Translations under genes and position numbers: made by a program
Shown here: positions 11,401 through 23,400 of the stretch, in pieces
Layout of the letters: each line of letters opens with the position of its first letter
How positions within the stretch are numbered: position 1 is the stretch's first letter
The notes under the pieces: model-generated
Databases searched by the model: none
What the model was told of the DNA's origin: nothing
Seen by the model: the letters and a program-made list of their open reading frames with translations, nothing else
Assembly: GCA_002269645.1 (NCBI GenBank)
Contig: NIVC01001143.1
Location: forward strand, 124,001 to 188,000
Direction: 5' to 3'
Source of the DNA: Macrostomum lignano
Lineage: Eukaryota
Length of the DNA: 64,000 nt

Positions 11401-14400
11401 CGGCCGAGATGCTCGAGCGGCGTCTTCTGCTTCAACGGCAGCAGCTTCTTCTTCAGCAGCAGCAGCAACTGCAGCAGCAGCTTCAGCAGCAGCATCAGCA
11501 CCAGCAGCAGAGTGAGCGGTTCGCCAGCCTGCTGACTGTGGAGCGAGGCCCGGCTACCTGGACCAGTCATGCCCAGGTAACATTCAGGTACCGCAGCGAC
11601 CGACTGTACTACCTGGACAGCGCCAGCCGCCTGCACGGCCCCATGGACCAGCGGGAGCAGTGCCAGGTGGCCTCCGTGCGCCGATACGTCAGCCGGAGCA
11701 GCAGCAGCCAGCCGCCTGTGGCCACCCGCAGCCACCACCGCACGATGCACACTGTACAGACGGCAGCTGCCGGCCCGCCCGCCTCCGGCGCCGCGGCAGC
11801 CACTTCAAGCGGCTTCGTCAGCAGCGCCACTGGCGGCCTCGACGATGGCATTCTGCTGCTGGAGCGGCGGCTTACCTCCCAGAGCCAGCACCAGCACCAG
11901 CACCATCAGCTGCCATACTCCCGGGTGCAGGTCAACCGCTACGACGACTGGAACTCCGGCCCGGCACCGATGCCCCGGTCGTACAGCCAGCAGCTGGACT
12001 ACGGCGCCGGCTTCCGGCGTCAGCGTAGCCACCGCGACCAGCCGGTGCACCAGCAGCACCACTCCTACCACCGCCAGCACCAGCAGTTCCGAGGCCGCCA
12101 GCACAGCAACCCCGGGTTCGACGCCCGCCTGGAGCACCTCGAGCGGTCGCTTAACGACGCCATGGAGTCGATCCGGCGCCAGACTTCAGTTCAGCAGCAG
12201 CAGCAGACGCGCCAGTCGCATCACCACCAGCACCATCAGCACCACGGCGGCCGGCCGCAGAATCAGCAGCACCTGTACATCGCCAGCGAGCACCAGGACT
12301 CGGCAGAGCTGAACCGTCGCTTCAGCTCCGAGCCGCCGTTCGAGTTCCGCTACAGCCAGCGCACCATGACGCACGAGCCGCCGCAGGTGACGGAAGAGGT
12401 CGAGACCACCACGCTGCAGCCGATTGGCCGTGGCATCCACGACCTCGGAAGCGGCAGCAGGGTGATCGCCACTCAGGTGCAGCAGCAGCAGCAGCAGTAC
12501 AGCCTCACCGAGCAGCGAGGGACGGTCGGCCGTGTCAGCCGGCTGGCGGTGCGGCCGCCCGAGGCCGGCGCTCGCAGCCTCAGCGCCAACCGGAACGCCA
12601 CGCTGCGGGCCTCCACGCCCGTGTCGCCGAAGCCGCTGACTGTCGGCGGCAGTGGCGGCGGCGGAGGTGGCGGCTTCTCCCGCGGGCGCCATCTGTCGGC
12701 CAACACCCAGCAGCAGCGGGAGTTCACGCAGGTCTACTGACCTGGCCTGACCTTCGGACCTGACCCGGCTCGACCTGACCTGACCTGGACCATCCTGACC
12801 CGACCTCGCTGAACTACCTGACTCCAGTGCTGCTATGATCAGTCTATTATGAGCGCTTGCAGTCAAAGCTCTCACTGGCCCGCTACTAAGAGCAGGGAGA
12901 GCAAAGCCGACCAGCTCCTGTCTGCGCCTGTTGGCGATCTGAATGCCCAGCCCAGTACAATAATAAACCAAGGATGGCGGCAGACCTGGCATATTTATAC
13001 CCAACAGTTTACAGCCTGCGCTTCACTCTATTATATTATTATTACTAATCACTTACTAATAAACCCATATATGCAATATTGACAGCGGCTTTGCTATCGC
13101 GTGGCGCTGGTGTTTATTTTTCTCACGGCGAAATAATTGTGCGCTAATTAGCTAATTAATAATTAATTGAAACCGCCCTCTTTCTCTGACGCTCCTGCGC
13201 TGCTTTACACAATGTACTTTTTTCTAGCAAATAGACTTTGATATCTGCTAATCTCCCAAGCTGGCTTCTTGTGTCGCTTTGCCGGCTTTGTCAGACATCA
13301 GAATTCGAGCCCGGGACCACCGCTATCGACCGTTTCTCTTCTGTTTAGTGACTATATTAACTATAATGTATGCTTGTGCTTTGGCTGCCACCTGCGCTAG
13401 TCAGTTAAAGTTCGTTGACTTTCTTTCTGAGTATGTCTGGGTGTGCGAAAAATAAACGAATAAAAATTGAACGAGTTGAGCACTTTTTGAGCATCCTGCT
13501 GTGTATTTTTTATCAATTCTTTCGTTTTCCAGCACTTGCGAGCGAGGCGCAAATTCAGCTGTGCTCCAACTTTAACTTCAGTTTTGTGTGGCGGCTTCAT
13601 TCTTGAGACACCAGTTCCACATCGAGTATGTGGAACTTCATTCTTGAGACACTTGTAGGCATCGAGCATGTGGAGCTTCATTCTTGAGACACCTGTAGGC
13701 ATCGAGCATGTGGAACTTCATTCTTGAGACACCTGTAGGCATCGAGCGTGTGGAGCTTCATTCTGGAGACACCTGTTGGCATCGAGTATGTGGAACTTCA
13801 TTCTTGAGACACCTGTAGGCATCGAGTATGTGGAACTTCATTCTTGAGACACCTGTAGGCATCGAGTATGTGGTGCTTCATTCATTCTTGAGACACCTGT
13901 AGGCATCGAGTATGTGGAGCTTCATTCTTGAGACACCTGTAGGCATCGAGTATGTGGAGCTTCATTCATTCTTGAGACACCTGTAGGCATCGAGTATGTG
14001 GAACTTCATTCTTGAGACAACTGTAGGCATCGAGTATGTGGAGCTTCATTCATTCTTGAGACACCTGTAGGCATCGAGTATGTGGAGCTTCATTCTTGAG
14101 ACACCTGTAGGCATCGAGTATGTGGAGCTTCATTCATTCTTGAGACACCTGTGGTGTTCGTTTGGCCAAGCAATCTAAAGTTTCTCTTGGCGGTAGCGTG
14201 TATTATAAAGAATAGAATACTCTATGGTACAAGCATAGATAAATGAAATGAACAATCAGTCTGGGGATACCACATCCCTCCACCTTTAGTAAAATCAGTT
14301 CATTGTAGGGAAACGAACTGGCCTCCTCAGTACAGTCTGTGGTCGGAGTCCACTTCTGCGCATTGTTCTTGGATCACACTGTGGTATTTCGGATGCGTCC

Positions 14401-17400
14401 CTCTTTTCTCGCTGACTGTCGCTCATTCCTCCTCCACCAGAAAACGTTACCAGAGCCTCGTCAGATTCTGAGTCTGGGAATATCTTTCTGGCCTTATTAA
14501 CGTGGCGCTTCTTGATTGTGCCACTTTTGTTCTCCAGGATCAACAGTCCTCCGACTCGCTTCCTTACGTAGTATTGCTCTGTACCAAAAAAACTATCGTA
14601 CTTGTTCCTTGCTTCCCTTTCAATCACTACTGTGTCACCTGTTTTGATGTCGCAGTCACGAGCGTTCCGATTAGCGTAGTTGGACATTTTTCTTTTGTAG
14701 TCGGCGTCTTTATCTTTCTGCTTAATCAAAGGATCTATTGTCTCGTCGTTCATTTGAGGAAGTTTTGTCCGCGCGCTCCACCGAAAGAAAAGGTTTGCTG
14801 GCGCTACGCCTGTTGCTCTCATCGGTGTTGTTCTATAGGCGTGCAAAAAGATTTGCAATTCCTCTTCAAAACTTGATCCATTCAAAATTCTGGATCTTCT
14901 GATGACTTTGTTCAATGTTTCATTGAATCTTTCCACCTCCCCATTTGCTGCTGGGTGACGCGGAATTATCCGAGAGTGAATGACGCCTTGACTGTTAAGG
15001 TATTCGTCAACGACTTTCGAACAGAAATTTGTTCCGTTGTCTGAGACGAGTTCTTTCATTGGTCCAAATAGTGAAATCACTTTCTTTAGAATTCGCACTA
15101 CGTCGCTCGCTTCTGTGCGCTTCATGATGAACACTAGAGGAAATCTCGAGTGGTAGTCGATGAAAACTAACAGGTTGCTACCATTCGGAAGTGGTCCTTT
15201 GAAGTCCATTGCCACTTTGTCCCACGGCTTATCCGGAATTTCCGTTGGCACAATTGGGATCCGACTTCCTTTTTTCGTTGTGTGGATGCACACATTGCAT
15301 TTCTTGCAAAAGATCTCCACGTCTTTGCTTATACCAGGCCAAAATACGGTACTTCGCAGTCGTTCTTTGGCTTTGGAAATGCGTTGATGTCCTTCATGGG
15401 CAATTAACAGAGCTTTTTGTCGCATACTCTTCGGCAAGACAATGCGGTCTTCGTACAGGAGAATTCCATTCTGCTCCGATAGTTTATTTCTTTCTGCAAA
15501 TAGTTTGTTGTGCTTTTTCCATGTTTCTCCTGATACTATTGATTCCAGTGCCTCGACAATTTCATCATCAATCGCAGAATCTTTTCGGATCTGCTCTAAG
15601 CTCAGAGCTGTGCTTACTGCGTTTTCAAGTTTGCTGTTAATGAATGCAATGTCGCGTCGATTGCAGAGTGTGTCGTTTGGTGTTTTCACCGGTTGTCTCG
15701 ACAAAATATCTGCCTCGTTGGTGTCGCCTGGTTCATATTTTATCTTAAAGTTGAATGGCTGCAATCTCATTGCCCAACGCTCAATTCTTGGTGGTGGTTT
15801 TGAGTTCGATGCAAAACATCCGAGTAGAGGTTTATGATCCGTTATCACCGTAAATTCGGCTGCTCCTTTGAGAAAGTGAGAAAATTTCTCGCATCCCCAT
15901 TTAATTGCCAATGCTTCTCGCTCGATTTGACTGTATCGAGTCTCCACGTCTGTGAGAGTTATACTGGCATAGCAAACTGGCTGTAGATTTCCATCTTTCT
16001 GCCGCTGAACCAAGATCGCACCAAGACCGACAGGACTAGCGTCTACTCGCAGCTGAGTTTCTCGCCCTGTTCCAAAGTACGCGAGCGTTTCCGTTGAGCT
16101 GATCGCTGCTTTGATGCTGTTGAAAGAATTTTCTTGTTCTGGACCCCATTCCCAGGTTTTTCCTTTCTTTGTGAGGTCATTCAGAGGCTTCGACAAGGTT
16201 GCTAGGTTTGGTACGAATCGAGCAACAAATTGTGCTAGACCAAGAAACGATTTAACTTCACTTGGATTGCACGGTGGTTTGAACATTTGAATAGCTTCCG
16301 TTTTCTTCTCGTGGATGGTTATTCCCTTCTCGGTTAGAATAAATCCCATAAAAGTAGCTTTACTCATTCCAAATTTGCATTTTTCCTTTCCAACGGTCAT
16401 GCCGTTCTCCACGAGCCTTGCTAAGACCTGCTTTAGCCTGTTGTTGTGTTCCTTGACGTCCTTTCCATACACAATTATATCATCCTGAATATTTAGCAGT
16501 CCTTGTAAACCAGCCAAAACTTTTGTCATGTAGGCTTGAAGATAGAATGACGAGTTGACCCAACCCATCGGCAATCGTTTGTACCTGTACAGCGGTTGTC
16601 CAGGGATTCCTGTTGAGAACGTTGTCAGATGTCTAGATTCACTGTCCAGTTCAATTTGATGGAACATTTTCTTGCCATCAATGTAGCTGAAGCAGCTTGC
16701 TTCTCCCATATTGGTGAGCTGATCATCCAGAGATGGGATAGGAAATTGTAGCTTTTCCGTTGCCTCATTTAAGTTTCGTAAGTCAACGGTCAGTCGTACC
16801 TTACCAGTCTTTCCTTTTGGGACGACAACTAGCCGCGAAAGCCATGCACTGGGACCATCAACTTTCTCTATGATTCCTGAGTTTTCCTGCTCTTCCAGTT
16901 CTTGTAGGAGTGCTTCTCTGAGATGGGCAGCTACTCTTGTTATCGATTGTGATATCGGCGTGCTTCCTTCCTTCAGAGCAATGGTCACTGCTGGCTGCGT
17001 GGTCAATCTACCAACTCCCTGAAATACCTCCTGATGATCTTTCAGAATTCGTTCGATTTCTTCGTTTTTCTTCTCAATCTGATTGATCGTTATCTGCAGC
17101 AAATTCAAATCGATGCTGTCTTGACATCCGAGTATTGTCTCAGCGTTGATACCGCACGTCACGATAAATTTGATTCGCTTCACTGAGTCTCCAGCCATCA
17201 CAACCAGTGTTGTTGTTCCCAAGACTTCCAGCGCCTTTTTCGACATATAGGCATATAGTCTTGGCTTTTCTGATCTGTTTAGGACGGTATCCTTTGACTT
17301 CACTGACTCCCACGATTTCATACTTATCAAACTTGCTGAAGATCCGGAGTCAATGAGCACTGTACTCTCAATACCATTGATCTCCACTTTGGCTCGTGCG

Positions 17401-20400
17401 CCTGCTGATTATTTCGATTCAGTCATAGCGACAGTGTTGATTTCTTCGCCATTCGATTCGTCGTTGCCATTTTGCTCTTCCGGTTGCTCAGATATCTGAA
17501 TATTTCTGGTTTTTATTCTGCTCCCTGTCTTTAGACATAGTCTACATGCTTGCTTGATGTGCCCTTTCTTATGGCAAAATTTGCATTCCATGTTACGAGC
17601 GAAGCAATCCCAGGGACGGTGACCTGTTCTGTTGCATCTGTAGCAGACTCGATCGCACTTGTTGGTGTTTGGAGTTGATGTCCGCTTGTCAGTCTGTTTG
17701 AACTGTAGCTTGTTAGTTGGTCTGTTGTCGATTTTGCTGACTGTGTTGCGCGCCTCATTGGTTGGTTTTTCAATGTCTTTAGCCTGCGTTTTTGTTGCTT
17801 CGAAATTCTTGCTGATTTCTACTGCCTTCTTTAAGGTGAGGTCAGAGCCTTCCTTTAGCAGCAGAGTCCTTAGCGGCTTTGATGTGCTCTTTAGGACTAT
17901 CAGATCGCGTAGCAGGCGATCCTCGAAGCTAAGCTTCACTGTACTCTCATTTCCTCCAGGCTTGTACTCGACGTGCAAGTTGCAGTACTTTGCTGCACTT
18001 TTTAGACGACTGTAGAAGGAATCAAACGTTTCTCCCTCTATCTGGCTAACTGACAGCAGCTTGTAAGTCTCATGGACGCTATTGGTTGCACCTTGGAATA
18101 GAGAGCTGAGCGCTTCCTTCGTTGCTTCGTAGCCTTGTTCATAGCTTACGGTTTGCAACAGCTTTCGGATTTTCGGCCCTGCTAGAAGCAAGAATGTAGC
18201 TTGCTTCTTTTCGTCGGCTATTCCTTGCACTTCCATGAACAGCTCGACTTCCTGCACATACTCGTTCCACTTATCTGCATTGTTGAGCGGATCTTCGTCT
18301 GGATCGAAATGCCCAATGCTGTAGAACTGTGCTGAGGCCATCCTGCGAGGTATTTTCTTAATAGTACATCCGTAGCTTTTCTCTTTTCACCGCTGCCACC
18401 AATGTGGTGTTCGTGTGGCCAAGCAATCTAAAGTTTCTCTTGGCGGTAGCGTGTATTATAAAGAATAGAATACTCTATGGTACAAGCATAGATAAATGAA
18501 ATGAACAATCAGTCTGGGGATACCACAACACCTGTAAGCATCGAGCATGTGGAGCTTCATTCATTCTTGAGACACCTGTAAGCATCGAGCATGTGGAGCT
18601 TCATTCATTCTTGAGACACCTGTAAGCATCGAGCATGTGGAGCTTCATTCATTCTTGAGACACCTGTAAGCATCGAGCATGTGGAGCTTCATTTATTCTT
18701 GAGACACCTGTAAGCATCGAGCATGTGGAGCTTCATTTATTCTTGAGACACCTGTAAGCATCGAGCATGTGGAGCTTCATTTATTCTTGAGACACCTGTA
18801 GGCATCGAGTATGTGGAGCTTCATTTATTCTTGAGACACCTGTAAGCATCGAGCATGTGGAGCTTCATTTATTCTTGAGACACCTGTAAGCATCGAGCAT
18901 GTGGAGCTTCATTCTGTAGACACCTGTAGGCCCGCAGCCCTCCTGCAGTGATCGTTTAATTATTTGTTGCAAAGGCACCTGCAGCCTCTTCCATGCATCC
19001 AGTTAAATAAAATAAGATCTCTGTAAACCAATTATGAGCCCTGGCCCAAAGAGCTTTCAACAGAATTCAAGAAAAACATATTTAATTTTAATGCCGAACT
19101 TTTAATGCCGATTTTGGGGTGTCAGTTGATATCGTAAATTTGAGTGCCGCTGGAGTCGCATCGAATCCTTTTTTATTGATTACAGGGCGGCAACGGCGGC
19201 TGCGGCGGCCGTGGTGGCAACGGCGGCAACGGCGGCCGCCTGCTGATCACCGCCGACAATCCCTGCCTGCTCATGCTGGTCGAGGCCGACCTGCGCGGCG
19301 GTGACTCCGGCAGCGGTGGCGACCTCGGCCCGCCCGGCTCAGGCGGCGCCGCTGGCGTCGGCGGCCGGCCCGGCTTCGGCGGCGGAGGCGGCGGTGGCGG
19401 CGTGCCGGGCCTGGGCGGAGTTGGCCGGACCGACTCGGACGCGAACTTGGCGGGCGGCGGCCGCCTGCGGCACGGCTGTCCCGGCTCTGCCGGGGTGCGC
19501 GGCCAGCAGGGCAAGGCGGGCGTGACTGGACTGGCGGGGCCGGGCGGGCAGCCGGGCAAGCCGGGCTACGTTATCTGGTCCGTGATCGACCCGTCCACAG
19601 GCGAGGTCACCTGCCGCACCCAGCGTCGTTACGACGTTGTTGTTGAGCAGTACGAAGTGGCCTCGCTGTCGCAGGACCCGGAGTTCTTCTTCCCCAGCGC
19701 CCAGGTGGTGGTCACCAACGTCCGCCTGCGCAACCGCGGCGGCATGGCGCTGCCCTGCGGCGCCGTTCTAAGCTTCGCCTCCACCGACAGCCTGGCGATG
19801 CGCAAGTCGGAGACCTTCACCTTGCCGAAGGTGAGCGGCTGACCTCGGCTCGTGTACTTGTAGGAGGGTAGGAGGGTTCTGTAAGTATCCGGCGCTGAGG
19901 CAATTTGCCCATTCCGCTGGCTCCTGCAGAATACTGTACGCATGAACACTCTGCGGCTGGGCATCAAAATTAGCTCTGCTCTGCCCCCCCCCCAGTTAAT
20001 TGCCCTGGCATTTTAATCTTCTGAATGATTTTTCCTGTCTAATTATCTATGAAATTACCTGGGCATGCTCTCTCACCGGCTGGCCTGTCTCTCTGCGCAG
20101 ATGCAGTTTCGGTACCCTCGCTGATTGGCAGCAGCCCCCGGCTTGTGCTTTCCCAGTACGCAGTTGTCGCTTGGCCTGCGGGTTGCAGTCTGGCCGTCTT
20201 GCAGCTCTGTTTGGTGGGTCTTCGGTCCTCCTGTGTGCCACAGAGCTTCTGCGCCTGTTTTGGATCAGGCAGTGGGGTGGCGCTTGTTGCTGCTGCACTC
20301 TAATGGTGCAGGTCGGGGCCGCGGCTGCAATTAATGAATTCGCTTCTAAATAACCCTCAACTTATCATAGATGTCTTTTTATCCAGGAGCCTCTAGAGCT

Positions 20401-23400
20401 CATGACTTCATTCAATATTCATCACTGGGCTCTGATCACAGCATTCTGTGCCAGTCTGTCCTGACCCTAGTATTCTGACACACCCAGCCTGGCCTGACCT
20501 AAACTTTCAGTCACCCAGCCTGGCCTGACCTAAACCTTCTGACACCCAGCCTGGCCTGACCTAAACCTTCTGACACCCAGCCTGGCCTGACCTAAACCTT
20601 CTGACACCCAGCCTGGCCTGACCTAAACCTACTGACACCCAGCCTGGCCTGACCTAAGTCGTCCATCTAAGGTACTTTCAAAAGCCGCAGCCCATCCCTC
20701 TGTCGCACCCGCAGCTGGAGCCGAACGAGCAGTACACAGTGACTGCCCTGTTCCACGGCCGCCTGTCTGACGTGCCAACTCCGAACGAGCCGGTGCGCTA
20801 CGAGGGCGAAGCGGAAATCCGGCCGACAGTCAGCCTGGTTGGCAGGCAGTTCACCGGGGTGAGTGGCCAGGCCGACTGCTTCCATACATTCCCTACACCT
20901 CTCCCCTGCATTCCCTACACCTCTCCCTGCATTCCCTACACCTCTCCCCTGCATTCCCTACACCTCTCCCTGCATTCCCTACACCTCTCCCTGCATTCCC
21001 TACACCTCTCCCTGCATTCCCTATACCTCTCCCCTGCATTCCCTTCATATCTCCCTGCATTCCCTACACCTCTCCCTGCATTCCCTACACCTCTCCCCTG
21101 CATTCCCTACACCTCTCCCCTGCATTCCCTACACCTCTCCCCTGCATTCCCTACACCTCTCCCCTGCATTCCCTACACCTCTCCCCTGCATTCCCTACAC
21201 CTCTCCCCTGCATTCCCTACACCTCTCCCCTGCATTCCCTACACCTCTTCCCTGCATTCCCTACACCTCTCCCCTGCATTCCCTACACCTCTCCCCTGCA
21301 TTCCCTACACCTCTCCCCTGCATTCCCTACACCTCTCCCCTGCATTCCCTACACCTCTCCCCTGCATTCCCTACACCTCTTCCCTGCATTCCCTACACCT
21401 CTCCCCTGCATTCCCTTCATCTCTCCCTGCATTCCCTACACCTCTCCCCTGCATTCCCTACACCTCTTCCCTGCATTCCCTACACCTCTCCCCTGCATTC
21501 CCTACACCTCTCCCCTGCATTCCCTACACTTCTCCCCTGCATTCCCTACACCTCTCCCCTGCATTCCCTACACCTCTCCCCTGCATTCCCTACACCTCTC
21601 CCCTGCATTCCCTACACCTCTTCCCTGCATTCCCTACACCTCTCCCCTGCATTCCCTACACCTCTCCCCTGCATTCCCTTCATCTCTCCCCTGCATTCCC
21701 TTCATCTCTCCCTGCATTCCCTACACCTCTCCCCTGCATTCCCTACACCTCTCCCCTGCATTCCCTACACCTCTCCCCTGCATTCCCTACACCTCTCCCC
21801 TGCATTCCCTACACCTCTCCTGCCCTTTTCCTTTTCCTTTTCCTTTCTCCTTTCAAAAGGAAATCCTTTTCCTTTCTCTAAGTGTTTCGTTGGCTCCATA
21901 CTTGCTACATTTTCCCAGAATTTATTCCGCTGTTATCGTGTGTTTATGATCACCAGGGCCTCCCCAGCCTTCACAAAATCCACTTTCAGTTTTGCTTATC
22001 CGCCTCATCTCAGCTTCCCCTGTCACGCCCCCGATTGCCCCCAATGCGCACTCAGGTCGGCTGCACTCGCAAAGTTCGAATCCGGCACCCGGTGGTTCTG
22101 TCTGCCGTTAACCTGCCGCCGCAGATGGGCCGCGGCGAGCAGTACTGCGTTAATATTGAGGTGAGCTGCTGCTGCTGCTGGGTTCACTCTACTCGTGTGT
22201 GAGCTCATTCTACTCGTGTGTGAGCTCATTCTACTCGTTTGTGAGCTCATTCTACCCGTGTGTGAGCTCACTCTACCCGTGTGTGAGCTCATTCTACCCG
22301 TGTGTGAGCTCATTCTACTCGTGTGTGAGTTCATTCTACCCGTGTGTGAGCTCATTCTATCCGTGTGTGAGCTCATTCTACCCGTGTGTGAGCTCATTCT
22401 ACCCGTGTGTGAGCTCATTCTACCCGTGTGTGAGCTCATTCTACCCGTGTGTGAGCTCATTCTACTCGTGTGTGAGTTCATTCTACCCGTGTGTGAGCTC
22501 ATTCTATCCGTGTGTGAGCTCATTCTACCCGTGTGTGAGCTCATTCTACCCGTGTGTGAGCTCATTCTATCCATGTGTGAGCTCATTCTACCCGTGTGTG
22601 AGCTCATTCTATCCGTGTGTGAGCTCCCTATAGATGCATTGCTTTCAGTTCTTTTATTATGCTGTCATTACATTCTCATATCTAGTTTGAATTGAATCCT
22701 TTAATCGGCATCTTCTTCACCATCCCGCAACAGGTGACCAACCAGTCGGCCTTCAATTTTGTCGCACCCGGAGACGCCGTCGCGGCCACCACCACCTGCT
22801 CCTGCGAGGTCGAGCTGCGCATCCGCCTGGACCGGCGCATGCTGGTGGCAGCCGCCGAACCGACCGGCAGCGGCGGCGACCTCGGCGACCCCGGCTACGT
22901 GCTGAAGTTCCACCCAGACCTCAAGGACACCGTGTACGTTGGCATCCGCAATCTGCCGGCCAAGTCCAGTCTGGTAGTTCGCTTCCCCATGCTGCTGGAG
23001 GACAAGGCGGAGCTGTTTGATCACGTGCTGTGCCAGGTGGAGCTGTACATGGTGAGTGCGGGTTTTTTATGGGTTATGAGGATGTGGTGTCTGCACCTGT
23101 GTCTACAGGTGTTGGGATTGAGGATGTGGTGTCTGCACCTGTGTCTACAGGTGTTGGGATTGAGGATGTGGTGTCTGCACCTGTGTCTACAGGTGTTGGG
23201 ATTGAGGATGTGGTGTCTGCACCTGTGTCTACAGGTGTTGGGATTGAGGATGTGTCTGCACCTGTGTCTACAGGTGTTGGGATTGAGGATGTAGTGTCTG
23301 CACCTGTGTCTACAGGTGTTGGGATTGAGGATGTGGTGTCTGCACCTGTGTCTACAGGTGTTGGGATTGAGGATGTGGTGTCTGCACCTGTGTCTACAGG

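Larger units (their letters stand above)
14150..18527 (-). mobile_element. Full-length Ty3/Gypsy LTR retrotransposon (Mag-like), 4378 bp
   Basis: Two 125-bp LTRs (TGTGGT...ACCACA) differing at 1 base; 5-bp TSD ACACC (14145-14149 and 18528-18532); PBS; PPT; gag; pol in the Gypsy order PR-RT-RH-IN. Confidence 0.97.

Noticed and set aside
16490-16510. RT catalytic motif reads IQDD rather than YxDD
   Set aside because: Non-Tyr first residues are known in Mag-like Gypsy elements; not evidence of novelty or inactivation alone.
20863-22695. Long Pro/Ser/His and Cys/Leu repeat ORFs
   Set aside because: Products of the 22-bp and 21-bp intronic arrays.
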